From Convolutriloba macropyga (taxonomy: Eukaryota), in contig NW_027451928.1 of the NCBI RefSeq assembly GCF_964194025.1, positions 1-64,000 on the forward strand: a stretch of 64,000 bases of DNA, given 5' to 3'. Below the pieces are notes generated by a model. The model did no database searches, was not told the origin of the DNA, and was given only the letters and a program-made list of their open reading frames with translations. Of this stretch, positions 26,401 through 59,980 are shown piece by piece. Positions within the stretch are counted from its first letter, which is position 1; the number at the start of each line of letters is the position of its first letter. The position numbers and the translations under genes were made by a program.

Positions 26401-29400
26401 AAAATTGAGTCAAACTAGTTATTAAGCAAGCAGAAAGTTAACGTGTTAAGTCAAAAATGAACAATCACAGGAATGAAAACACACAAACAGAACAAATTAC
26501 GCAATAAATGCCAAGGACATTTAAATACCATGCTATAATGACCGCTAATAGTTAATAACACATGCCGCAAAACACACAACAACGCTCTGAACATACAATT
26601 GCACCCTTCACTAGCATTCACTTATTTACTACGTCTCTCTAATTCTTCCTTTTGTCCCCTACTTATATCCTCAACCCCCCCCCCCCACAAAACAAGTCTT
26701 GATATATTAATTACTACCATATTACTAGCACCATGTACGAAGTATATTAGTAGCACCAGTCAATATTACATGTAAAACTACAATATTAAAGTCAGTCCCA
26801 ACAGTCAGTCCCTTACACAGTTATATTAATATTAATATTACACAATATTACAACTATTAATATAGTTAAATAAAATAAAAATAAATAATAAGTCACACTG
26901 AATCCTCCCTGACAGCCTCCTCTGATCTTTTCACTTCCCCCTTCTCCTCCTTCGATTTGCCCACACTCCCAACAATCCAGATACTAATGATAATAATAAA
27001 AAGAATACTAATATAATAATAATCCACCACTCAGTCCCACCACCACTCCCATTATCAATAACTATATCATCTACTGCTGTCATATTGCACTTTGGATGTT
27101 TCAATCTTGACCAGTGAACAGCGTTCCTTCCGACAAACCTGGTCCCAGTTGTGCAACATCCAATAATTAAAGAGGAAACAGTGATATTAAAGCACATGGT
27201 GCAATATTGTGGGCAAAATAATCTGAAAAACTCGAAAAAACATGTAAAGACTGCATAATTCGACCCCCCCAACCACTATCCCCATCATCACACACCCATC
27301 ATTCAACCAAATAACCACACTTCAACATGTTTAAACACCATACTCAGTAGTAATATCAATAAATACACACATCAGCACACATCACCTAAAAGTAGAGTAC
27401 ACCTGAAATAAACAAACATCACATAAACAAGTGACATATTGAGAAAACTAGATCTAGAAGCCCGAGTAAAGTAACTAAATGAGCAAATAAACACCGGAAG
27501 ACCAAATAGAGCCAGTTGAAACACTCAGAAGAGCCACATCAGTAGAAGATTGTCCTGAAACAAAGTCGATATTATTGAAATATGAAAATGTTACTCACAA
27601 TTGTGTTAAATCTCTTACTTTTCGGCCCCACTTTTGAAACTCCGATCAATACAGAAGCAGCTCTGGATAAAGGCATCATCTTCCATAAAGAAGGAAAGAT
27701 TCTGATTACCGAAAAGTTCATAAATGTGGAATTTTTAGTACCGTTTCCTCGCTATAATTTCACTATCAGACAACAAGTAGAGACTCTACTTAATGATCTC
27801 TCGAAAAAGTGGATCACGCAATCGGAATTTTGCAACCTTACCCATAGCACTACTTACCGGAACCAAACAGCTGCCTTCAATGTTGATTGGCTTTACACAA
27901 AAATACTCAATGAAACCATAGAAGCCGAAATTGAAGTCCTCAAATTGTGCAACGAGACTGAAAAACTCCTTACCAGAGTCAAAGAAGACCCTCACACTCG
28001 ACAAAAACGAGCCGCCCCGCTTGCAATAGCAGCCGCAGTTGCTGGAATTGGACTCTTTGGTCCAGGAATCGCAATGAGTAGCGGAGGATGCGGTGGAATT
28101 ACAGGAATTTTCGGATCTTGTCAGCGAACGTCTTAAAACGCTGAAAATATTGATCGATTAGCTAACAGTTTCAATAGCCTCAACGACTATATCATGGAAA
28201 TCGGAGCACAAACCGATGAGAAATTTTTCCTAGTTGCTGACGAACTTGCAAAGGTTTAAAAAGTTCAAAACGAAATGCAAGAAAACCAGAACAGAAACTG
28301 GAAACTAGTAGAGGAACAGTTTGCAATTATAGATCACAATCTGAACGCACTAGCAACCTGCATGGAAATCCAACTATCACAGCAACAATTGAATATTAAC
28401 TTTGATACAGCAGCTTCATTACTTCTCACTCTTTATGCAGATATTAAAAGTTACAGAGCAGCCTTATATTCTTTTCGAATTAATGTTATAAACGCAATTC
28501 CTACTTTGCTTGACAAACGTCTTCCAATCTCCTTAGTGCCTCGTAAATCTTTGATAAAGATCCTTGATTCAGTCCATGATAGCCAAAAGAACGCCCCAGA
28601 TCGTCTAACTTTGGCAATACCCATGACTGACATCCTTTCGTACTACGATGCGAAATTAGTACAAGAGATTTCGACAGTTGAAGACGGACATTTACTGACA
28701 CTAGCCATTCCCCTAGCCTCTAGCCAGACAGTGTTCGAAGTTTATCGTGCAATAGTAATCCCTATGCCTCAAAAGGACTCCGTAGACGCCTTACGATATG
28801 TAATAGAGGGGAGTACTTAGCAATCTCAGAAGGACAGATGGAAACCACAGTACTGACGAAAGCCCAGTATGACAACTGCCTTGGATCGCCACGATACACA
28901 ATCTGTCATGAGACAATGGAAACCCACCTAGGATTCTCCTCGTGTCTAGCAACCCTCAAGTTTCACCACACAATCTCAGCATTGAAAGTATGTGATACAG
29001 AGAAGGTTGTGTTACCCAACCCAGAACGAGCACAGAACCTCGGATATGGAATTTGGCTCCTCACATCAGCTTCAAGTGATTATACCCTTAGTGAGATTGG
29101 TATGGACGAAAATGGCCGACACATCAATGTTCCTCACAAAGGTTGTAACATCTGTTTAATCACATTAAAATGTGGACATACAATGTTCAGTGACAACATT
29201 AAGATTCGAGCTGATTTACAAAGTTGTCAGTACCTTCCAGCAACCAGAATTAATGTTAAATTATCAGATCCACTTGCCCATTTAATTGATTCAGTGCCTA
29301 ACAAACATGAACTTCCGAAATATGACTCTCCCACCGAAGCAAATCTCGATTTATTGAAGAAAGTTAAAACGGAATTTATTTACTCGAACAGAAAATTATC

Positions 29401-32400
29401 AACAGAGTCACTAGATGCCATAGCAAAGCCAATTACCACTGAAATGAAGACATTCCAGCCAGCACTAATTGATAAACTTGAATCTTACGTACCGATCAAA
29501 CTTTCCCTTTCATTAACCATTATTGTTTTTATCGGAAATCTAGCGTTACATATTTTCTTCATGTTCTTATACCATAAAGTAGCCTTTGTACGAAGAATGG
29601 TACCAAATTTCATGAAGCTCAACGGAACCAATGTACCGCTAAACCCAGTAGTTTCCGTGCCCAAACATCTAAAAGCAGATGTAGTCACAACTCTTGCCAA
29701 ACAACTCAAGCAACCTCCAACAGTCATATCTCCAGAAGAACTTGGAACACTCAAGCGACGAAGACGAAATTCCATGCCAACAACTTCGGCTCTCTCATTG
29801 AACACCCTGGAACGGTTCAATACAGAAGACGAACTGGAGAATACAGCTCAAACCCCAGAGGAAAGTATGCTTTGAGTTCTTGATAGTCTTATATAAGTTT
29901 GACAAGTATTATTCCTCTCACACATTAAGTATCTCTTCATTCATTAAGCTTAACTAATCAGTGCTTCATAAGTTCAAACTAGTACCTGAATTCACAACCT
30001 AAACCAGTGCATTAAACCATCCCTCCAGTTTGACCATATGTGTCTCCTCCTCAAAAGTTTAGAGCCATTATTCACAGAAATAACCATGATTATTCCCAGT
30101 GCTAATTCCCGCTGTTCTTTTAACCGTCACTTTATCTTATGTCTTCACTCTTTCTTCTGAATGAGCGCATTTTATCTCCCCTAAATGTTTCTTTAAAGCC
30201 TTTAACCTTGTCTCAACCTTCTTCATTTTAACTTTATCTTAACTTAACCTTTATTTCTCTTAACTTCTTTAACTCTTTTTAACCTTAAATGCTTTCGTTC
30301 AAAACTCTTTTCTAAGAAAACATAAATTGGGTGGCTCCAACAAAAATATGTTTATATCCTTATACTCGTGCAGATTATACGTTTTATAGAAAAATTGTAA
30401 AAACCCAGTTCCTTCAAAATTTTCATGGAAAATTTTCCTAAAGTCGGGTAGTGTCACGCCCCTATTTCGTCCCTCATAGTTACGTGATGATATTCCTTAA
30501 AATATCCATAAATAAGTGATATTAATTAATTAATATTCATTTAGTTTCAAGGCCATTTATAGCTAACAATTCCATCTAGGCCTGTAACCTCTAATTTGTT
30601 TATGTATACGAAAAACAACCGCAGAAGTGACAGTTTAATAGCAAACATATCAAGTGCCTAAAGGCCTCAATATTTACTTTTTTGAGTTTCTTGATGATAA
30701 ATTCACATAATCAGTAAATAACTTAATGAGAGATTATGTACTTGGCGAAGTAATTATTCTGATAAAGTAGGTGCTAATACGGAACTTGTATATGTACTTA
30801 ACAAACATCAAGAGACGTACAAAAGCCGGAAACAGCCCTACTTGAAAATCAGTAAATATTTGCGAAGGACCAATACAACTGAAGGCACAAAACCTGCGGA
30901 ACCCACTATCCCCAGAACACCAGCGAACCGACCCAGAAATCAGTTGATAAAAACTAAAACTTTCTTTCAATTATTGTGACATCTTTCTTAATTCTAACAG
31001 AGGAAATAATAAAAGATTGAACTGGCAATTCTTTTAAAATTCTTTCCAAGTCTGAGACTACTCGTCAGAAATAATGTTGAGATCACAGATACTCCTAAAC
31101 CAAGGCAACTAGTGGATATATCGTACATCCGAACCGCTCAGTAAAAGGCTTTTCCTAGCTAACTTTATTTAAATATATCTGCTAAAAATCGCACTGTGAA
31201 ACATCTAAATAAGAGTAAATGGCAATAATTACTCTAGATTATCTCCATAATTTGTATCAATAACAACCCACAAAAATACTCTAAAAATCAATGCGTAACA
31301 CCTTTTATTTGTTTAAAAAGGCTACCTTAAAGTTGTAGCTTCCAGAAGGATGATAACTGAATGCACACATATGTACATGAAGGCCAGAAAGAACTGGAAG
31401 AGGAATTTGAAAAGAGCTCTCAGAGCTGATATGGACACCATTGCATGATCCTTTTGAGCTATACGCGTAGCTGTCCAAAACACAGTGTCCATCAGGTCTT
31501 GTCCTAGAGTAGAGAACAGTCTGTCTGCAACGTCCAGCATATTGAATATTATGTACACTTTCAAGACATTCTGGCCACGCACCTGAGAAAACAGAATTGT
31601 TCAAGAATGTAGACTCGTTTTCTCGGATAGGTGAACAACTCAAACTCTAACGTCATCAATACATAATTGATTAATTTTTTTCCAAACTAATGCCAACCAA
31701 CATAACTCTTAACGTAAAGCTATGTTCCATTTGTTACTTAACTGATTACAACGGTTTTTAGCTTGCAATTAAAAAGGATATCCGTACAAGATATCTTCAG
31801 TCTTCAAAGCGACTTCATAACTTAGCAGAAAGAACCCAGAAATTTATACATCTAAAAACTAGGCGTAAAGCTTGTTGAAACAAAAATCTAGCAATACGAG
31901 TGCTATGAAAAAACATTTATGATACGACATAAAATTGTTTCAATTTCAGACAAAACATGAGTTATCCATCCATCATAGAATACGCTTAAGATTGAAATTT
32001 GTTCATTCTTTTTGGTGAAAATTTCCCATGCTCGGCAAGTAGTTATCGCAAAATTACAAAAAACATTTAAAATATCAGTTGACAAAAATATTAATAATTT
32101 ATAATTTTCATATATTCGTAATATTCATAAATATTATGAAAATATTCATAATATCACTTCAAATAAAATTCACAGGACGAAATTTTTTTTAATCACGAAA
32201 ATGTGTTTTAAAATATTTTACCACTTTACCTGATGGTACAGAAACGACAAGTCTATCCACTGAAGGCTGCAACAACAGAACACAGTCAATAGCACTCTCA
32301 CAATATCACAAATCTGAGCGGGCTCTAACATCCGTTTCCTCCTCCCGTCACTTGTCTTTCTCTGGCGTCCAAAAAACGACAATAAAACCGACTTGATTAT

Positions 32401-32709
32401 CAGAAACAGTCGAATAGGGAGCATAGCTAGCACAAATATGAACGAATCCAACGCGAGCATAAATCCATACAGGAAGAATTTTTCCAAATGAAAGGGAATT
32501 CTGATCAACGTGTAAACTTTCTCAATTTTCTCTTCATATTTTTCGTGTTCGTTATTCAATTCGTACGTGTTCTTGATTTCCATTTCAAAGTATTTTGTAT
32601 ATGACATCTTGGACAAGTTTGAGACTAAGTCATATTGGAAATTGGCACTTTTGACATTCTCGCTGTTGTAATTTGCTTTCAGCTCGCGAGTTGTAGAAAA
32701 TGCAGCCAT
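8461..32709 (-). CDS. TAPT1: Transmembrane anterior posterior transformation protein 1 homolog, 6 coding exons; intron 2 holds the LTR element
   Basis: Exons 32709-32230, 31582-31326, 14364-14039, 12083-11956, 11306-11181 and 9090-8461 join in frame at GT-AG sites. Motifs: RGQNVLKVYIIFNMLDVADRL, VAFNSHNKSLLIVMMSNNFAELKGTVFKKF, VDWVKHCFIAKFNEI, VARKMGHNPIPL. Confidence 0.93.
9421..9933 (-). mobile_element. Helentron-like non-autonomous element (HINE family 1), diverged copy
   Basis: Carries both family ends: CATAGCTGGCAGATTGCCAAAAATAGCAGC and AATAATAGCC...GCGGCTATTT. Confidence 0.55.
12982..13055. mobile_element. 74-bp hAT-like mini-MITE
   Basis: Perfect 17-bp TIRs (GTAGTGATGTGTCTTTC at 12982-12998; GAAAGACACATCACTAC at 13039-13055) around a poly-C tract. 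Flanked by the 8-bp direct repeat TTACGTGA (12974-12981, 13056-13063). Confidence 0.75.
14828..15681 (+). repeat. 5' LTR (854 bp)
   Basis: Direct repeat of 30452-31300, with about 10 substitutions and one 5-bp indel by eye. Candidate initiator TCAGTT at 15316-15321 and AATAAA at 15384-15389. Confidence 0.97.
15682..15694 (+). promoter_or_regulatory. Primer-binding site, tRNA-Leu-like
   Basis: TGGTGACAGGAGT directly abuts the 5' LTR. It is one mismatch from TGGTGTCAGGAGT, the complement of a typical animal tRNA-Leu 3' end. Confidence 0.8.
16078..16410 (+). CDS. 110-aa leader ORF upstream of gag, unknown function
   Basis: ATG-initiated 333-nt open frame in very AT-rich leader DNA; no recognised motif. 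Confidence 0.4.
   Translation: MSIYKEQILPAINNCRSSPNFVEHIEGNHINYTQNNSKTQAQIVIAFSSSFYKSIVIYVLDKDDKRVAIYWTAKSLNQKSRKFGLIRHKLQSDKEINLDKIITDYQITSE
16921..18152 (+). pseudogene. gag: gag, with a frameshift at ~17829 and a stop at 17859-17861
   Basis: Capsid-like N-terminus (ITPFSGSETDNFNEF, LQLHLKGDALRYF, LRHRFT, VKNFLVKLR) and a Q/N/Y/R-rich tail. The shifted frame ends ...NQQKN* at 18152. Confidence 0.88.
18143..18152 (+). promoter_or_regulatory. Putative -1 gag-pol frameshift site G AAA AAC TAA
   Basis: The heptamer sits on the gag stop. The -1 frame from 18149 is open into the protease ORF at 18317. Confidence 0.65.
18149..22185 (+). pseudogene. pol: pol (protease, dUTPase-like spacer, RT, RNase H, integrase) with frameshifts at ~19330 and ~19743 and the integrase C-terminus lost at ~22151
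   Basis: Protease ALVDTGA and VILGNPF. RT SSPLF..LLIDL, KLDCSHAYH, QGL and FMDD. RNase H LCDAS, KEFLA, LTDNK and ADFLSR. Integrase (Q)..GHLG..C..C with IDLVG / SDLG / VERSH. Confidence 0.95.
22152..23351 (+). CDS. Low-complexity linker plus TARG1/OARD1-type macrodomain (~22780-23215), probably the original C-terminus of Pol
   Basis: SFAHCISADLAMAKGLA, YIFSLVTKFRYYHKPTY and LSLPKLASGYDKL align with TARG1 LAHCISEDCRMGAGIA, YIYYLITKKRASHKPTY and LSMPRIGCGLDRL. The frame is open from the integrase break point, upstream of the ATG at 22257. Confidence 0.88.
   Translation, partial: EQIVRIPVNPLIADEIRQQEPEVRVPLVSSSSDDEMFLPAQQPQPSIVPFDIESPPETHEEQFALTDRKIRARPYNPKRKPEKSAFKSPEYQQKKNVQGFKITRQIQLHDEDRSNPHLTNPVRRSGSPRPKNARARLEQEEKREAIKASAQASKQSNTPSRETKLDQVRASIAKYSGKKPSSSTNKPVTRSQTKKSSPGSSNQNLNHFSQEINATYQSSPTDILYSPYSFAHCISADLAMAKGLARQVKSWYPAAPSAIRLRYPPDIGSVLIYFDPISERYIFSLVTKFRYYHKPTYESVLASLYELREIVIDAGISHLSLPKLASGYDKLDFNIIFELICQVFDPLPITIYIHWYVQTQYSPAVPFIRPKSPTSLSNLALKPKNRQKPKIFDLKIQLF
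23400..25520. repeat. Diverged ~1.06-kb tandem duplication inside the LTR element
   Basis: CCAAATTTTTGCGCTGCAG..AGCCGACA..GAGTGACGCTGG..CCCTCAATTT occurs at ~23555-23650 and ~24613-24720. Further matches at ~23820/24885 and ~23990/25050. Boundaries approximate. Confidence 0.65.
25601..26372 (-). CDS. Spliced antisense gene: integrase-type H2C2 zinc domain plus OTU-like Cys box (Ginger-like, no DDE core); 3' end unresolved
   Basis: Exons 26372-25963 and 25860-25601 flank a 102-nt GTAATT...TTTAG intron and join in frame. This gives LH(x8)H...FFFP...VERAIHECVPC, then VCAELGYEF...VGGLCALSALYYTLTG. Next donor CAG/GTATTT at 25600. Confidence 0.72.
26931..27197 (-). CDS. Small antisense single-pass membrane protein (88 aa from ATG 27197, or 50 aa from ATG 27083)
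   Basis: NGS sequon, hydrophobic stretch WWIIIILVFFLLLSLVSGLLGVW and basic tail NRRRRGK. TTTTTCAG acceptor 25 nt upstream of the first ATG. Confidence 0.55.
   Translation of the reverse strand: MCFNITVSSLIIGCCTTGTRFVGRNAVHWSRLKHPKCNMTAVDDIVIDNGSGGGTEWWIIIILVFFLLLSLVSGLLGVWANRRRRRGK
27582..29875 (+). pseudogene. env: env, class I fusion glycoprotein (F-like), with stops at 28134 and 28257 and a frameshift at ~28810
   Basis: Signal peptide, N-glycosylation sequons, furin site RQKR (27999-28010) and fusion peptide AAPLAIAAAVAGIGLFG. Followed by a heptad-like helix, the LAIPL..FEVY..IPMP motif, a Cys-rich region and TM LSLSLTIIVFIGNLALHIFFMFLY. Confidence 0.92.
30440..30451 (+). promoter_or_regulatory. 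Polypurine tract (weak)
   Basis: Purine-rich AAAGTCGGGTAG immediately before the 3' LTR. Confidence 0.5.
30452..31300 (+). repeat. 3' LTR (849 bp)
   Basis: Direct repeat of 14828-15681; ends ...GCGTAACA, followed by the TSD CCTTT. Confidence 0.97.
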
Positions 32710-33360
32710 TTTGTGAAACAAAGACAACCTGAAAATGTGTCAAAGAACGAGCATAGCAAACATATTTTAACAGTTTTGACCATTAAGAAATTCAATAGGT
32801 TCGAGAAAAGCTGATTCAGTATTCAATAGGGGTTCCAAATTCAGAAATTACGGCAATGCCTCAGTCTGCTAAGACAGGTATTTTCCATTTCGTCATTCTC
32901 AATTATTAATTCCATTCCAGAAAAATCGATTCTATCAACTTTCGGCTAAAGCATCGATCATGAAAAAGATTCTTATCTTTTTCGTCTCCATTGAAGTTTT
33001 CAACACAAAATTCATTCAGTTTTTAAGTTACTCGGAGGTTTTGAAAGAATCTAGCTACATAATAGCCCTTTCCGGTCAAAATTATCAATAATGATTATGG
33101 AAAAATATCTTACCTATGGTCAACAATTTTGCAAATACTGCAAAAACAAAAAAGCTACCTCTACAAAAAAAAAAGACTTTATTGCAGCTCAATTAGCAAA
33201 ACCTCCTGGCCCGTTCAAAAGGCAACGCATTAAAAACTCTAACAGCAACTGAACTGCAATTTAGTACAAAGAATTGGCACTAGCTTATCAGTGCTTATAA
33301 ATGTGCACCCATAGTAAACAACACGATCCCTATAACTCATCTCCGAAAAATAAAAAAACA

Positions 33361-33777
33361 AACATAACCGACTAAACGTCGGAAGCATTGCTCTCGAAAG
33401 ACTAGTGGGAGCTCTAATCAATTGCAGCCTGCTTCAGTCGGGAGGGGGAGGAGGAGGGGTACCCTAATTGGGAATAAAAAGTTCAATAGTGGGCTTCAAA
33501 TACCCACAGAGGTTAACATATACCACTATTAAGATTTAAAGTAAAAAATGGCACCAGTTTCGGCGCACTTTTCATTTGACTTTTAGTATTAAATTGCCGC
33601 CAATTGTATTCAGCTGCTTGAAATTCTGATTGAGAGTGAACTTTAGATCACGCGAAACGCAAAAAGTCAACGGCGTAAAAGTCACTCGAAAAGTCAAAAA
33701 TGTCAAGCGAAAATTTTGCATAAAAAAGACACACGTTTACAATAATTGCTATGAACTTCGTTCAAGAGCAATTAAAC
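33361..33777 (-). mobile_element. Helentron-like non-autonomous element (HINE family 2)
   Basis: Ends AACATAACCGACTAAACGTCGG...TTGCTCTC and AATAATTGCT...AAGAGCAATTAAA. Homologous to ~5585-5975; the same end also at ~3606 and ~55248, and inverted at ~535-578. Confidence 0.65.
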
Positions 33778-35616
33778 AACCTTCAAACAAGTGGAACTAC
33801 CAGCAGGTTTTCAGTTCAAACATTCCAAGGAATAATTCAGGGAATAAAACATAATAAGCATAGATAACTATGCAAATCTACAGTCCCAAAAAGATTTTGA
33901 AAAAAAAAAAACTAAGAAGAGAACTTTCAGTTTTTTAATTAAAATTGCTGATGTCAAATTTTGAGGTCGAAGAAAGTTTCTTACTTATGTATGGTTTATA
34001 TTAGCTGCCCTTGAAACCCCTTCAGTTAAATATACACAGTCAACCTATCTCCTTTAAGCAAGCAAAAGTCTAGTGAGGACAGTCGTTTTTGATAGAGATA
34101 GATCACGTGTTACCAATAACTTAATCACGCGAATGAACAAAAAACTTGCTCCGATTGAAAAAGGTTTAGTCGGTGGCGAGGTCGATGGCCGAGTCTAAAT
34201 CATTCGGTGGCGAGGTCGATGGGGTTGTATGTCGATAAATTCACTAAGCAGCTTCAAATGATGTTCATATAGACCACTACTATAATTCAAATTTTTTAAA
34301 GTAAAACCAAATGTTGCGTACTTTTCATTTTTTTACACAAAACTGGGAAAATAAACAACGTAAGAGTTAGTCGAAAACTCAGATACGTTCAAATAGTCAA
34401 ATCATTCATTCACTCACTCATTTTCTTTCACCCACTTTCTCTCACACACACAAGCGCCCGCCCGCACGCGTACACAGACACACAATGTAAAGGCTGATTA
34501 AAAGTTTTAGTTTAGTAACAAAATAACAAAAATTATGGCATTTCTGCATACATGAACCACACCCGGAAAGTTGCCGGAAATAGCCGCCATTGATTCCGAT
34601 ACACACCGATTGGGATTGAAGGGACAGAAAAACAAAGATAAAAATTGATTGTTATACGAAAACATATTAACAGTGCCAAAAATTTTGATTGGATTTCGTA
34701 GTTATGCATACTCCTGTTTCTTTATGAGAGGATTCAGGGGCTATTATCAACGCATTAGAGATGATAATTAATACTTATAGGAACAAAGTTCAAGTTCCGG
34801 ACATCTAAAATGGGGCTTTATGGGTTTATCTTGTTTCTATTTTGATTTCAGCTTTCAATACCAATTCTGTTAAATTGCTTTGCTGAGCAACTGCTGTTTA
34901 AAAGCACCAGAAAGAGCGAAAAATGGAATTAACCCAGAGAAGACAAAAAGATTTCATGCAAAATGTTGAACCAGCTGAACTAACGTAAAGCTAAAAAAAT
35001 TTAGTACGACAAAGTAAAAAAAACATAGGCGGAAGACTCCATATTGACTCAAAGTAAAAAGTCTTACGCTAGCCAACCACTAACTGGTACAACAAACTTT
35101 ATTATACTATTCAAATTGAAATAACATCAGTAAACAAATCAACAGAGAAAAAAATCATTAAAAAATTTTCTTACAAATCCAGAAGCATTGTGTACGTTAG
35201 TATCTGGTTTAAATTAACTTAGCTCAACAATTAACTATCAAACGATAGGATAAATTTAACCAACGAAACATCTCGAAAAAGGGGAAAAATAGAGCAGAAG
35301 GAAATAGTTAAAGAACAAAACCTAAAAAATCTGTTGAATTCGCGGATATTAAAAAAATTCAATTAACTTTGAATTGTTGTCTAAGATGAAAATAGAATAC
35401 ATAAACAGTTCTATATTTACAGCAGGTATTATAATCATTTGTACATTTTATACAACTTTATCTAAAATAACAGATAGAATACAAGTCAACTATACAAATT
35501 ATAAACGTTTCATCTACGATGAAGATTTCAGTTCACAGTATGATTATCAATCTTCTTGGCTATTACTAACAACGCAATTCGTCGAGACGAGTTTCTCTGT
35601 GTAAGATAGAACCAAT

Positions 35617-58646
<23,030 letters not shown>

Positions 58647-59104
58647 TTTGTATCATTATTACCTGAAGATCAATTTAATCTCTAGCTCGGCTGTTGGTTT
58701 ATAAGGTCTTAACTCTGTTCTGCGGCAGGTTGGTTACCTTTAGCCGCAAATCAGTGGTCAAAATTTCAAATGCGTTTCTGGTAATAGAACAATATCATTC
58801 ATCTTTTCCAAAAAAAAATATTGAATTGAACATGTAAGTTGAGTTCCAATTGCCTCATTTCAATGAAAAAATAATTGGGAGCATATCATAATTAGGTAAG
58901 AAAGCTGTTATATATACTTTACCAAATAAGTGATATCTTATTTGCGCAATTTTACCCACTGCAATTTAATTCTAACTGACACTAGCACAAAGCACCCTTT
59001 TATGTGAATTCGAAAGCTATCGCGTTGCAAATAATTGAGCCACGATGAACATCACTATTTTACAAATTGGGATTGAAATAGCTGAACCAAATGATAACTA
59101 CAGC

Positions 59105-59980
59105 TTAAAACACAGTTAGGAGAGCAAATACGCCGTAAACTAGCGCACAGGGATATGCAATGAGCAATTGCTGTCCTTCCATAGCCAAAGCTGCCACAAA
59201 GAGTTTACTAGACGCAAAACTTGCCCATCCAACACTGGCTATGCTCAATATTAACCCCAAAGACCCTTTTAGTGATATGAACACAGCGAATGTTGACAGT
59301 CCGACCAGCGGCAGAAGGCAGTATCCCAATACACTGACAACTCCAAGAAAACCACATCCGTGCATTGACATTAGATTTAGTAATGTGTACATTCCCAGAC
59401 TACCCAAAACGCCGATTCCGTAGATGTAGTTAAAATGAATTTTGCCAGCCAGAAGCAACGCAGTTCCGAACGCCAGAGCGAAAACAAGCGGTCCCGCCAA
59501 ATCGTTATCTTGACACACTGTAGGGTCCGCACTCTTAGTAGGGTGAAGAACTGTTAAAGTTTTCTGTTGTATGTGGTTGAAATTGATTCCCAACTCTTCC
59601 AATAGAGGCGGTTCATCTTCGTCGTAATTGTTTGGCGAAAATGCAGATTGAGATAATACAGTTTTTCTCCCTGTTGAGTTGGCGCTCGACGGACTAACTG
59701 CCATTTGACCATACAATGAATTTGGATCTTCAGTAGGCTGATAATACTGATTGCTATAGTATGATTCGGGACTCATGTAACCACTCACAACATTTTTGTT
59801 TCCGTCGGCATATTGATGTTCGGAGTCAAAATAGTTGTAGTTGTTGGCAGCTTCAATGGAGTATCCTCCGTAGTGCTCGGATCCTTGATCATCATGAACA
59901 TCAGATGGGCGAAATTGTGTATCCCCGAGAGCATTAGTATTCCACTCATACCCTCCCCATGAATCATAATTCTGTGCCAT
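59105..59980 (-). CDS. YIPF5: Yip1 domain family member 5 (YIPF5/7-like), 291 aa, single coding exon
   Basis: [43 protein letters not shown] and [24 protein letters not shown]. Confidence 0.95.
   Translation of the reverse strand: MAQNYDSWGGYEWNTNALGDTQFRPSDVHDDQGSEHYGGYSIEAANNYNYFDSEHQYADGNKNVVSGYMSPESYYSNQYYQPTEDPNSLYGQMAVSPSSANSTGRKTVLSQSAFSPNNYDEDEPPLLEELGINFNHIQQKTLTVLHPTKSADPTVCQDNDLAGPLVFALAFGTALLLAGKIHFNYIYGIGVLGSLGMYTLLNLMSMHGCGFLGVVSVLGYCLLPLVGLSTFAVFISLKGSLGLILSIASVGWASFASSKLFVAALAMEGQQLLIAYPCALVYGVFALLTVF

Larger units (their letters stand above)
14828..31300 (+). mobile_element. Full-length env-bearing Ty3/Gypsy (Metaviridae) LTR element with accessory genes, 16,473 bp
   Basis: Paired LTRs with TGTCACGC...GCGTAACA termini and a 5-bp TSD CCTTT (14823-14827, 31301-31305). 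Has a PBS, Gypsy domain order PR-RT-RH-IN, and env. Confidence 0.97.

Noticed and set aside
23215-27580. Antisense cassette as an intact nested Ginger transposon
   Set aside because: No matching TIRs, TSD or DDE core found by eye; kept only as a possible origin.
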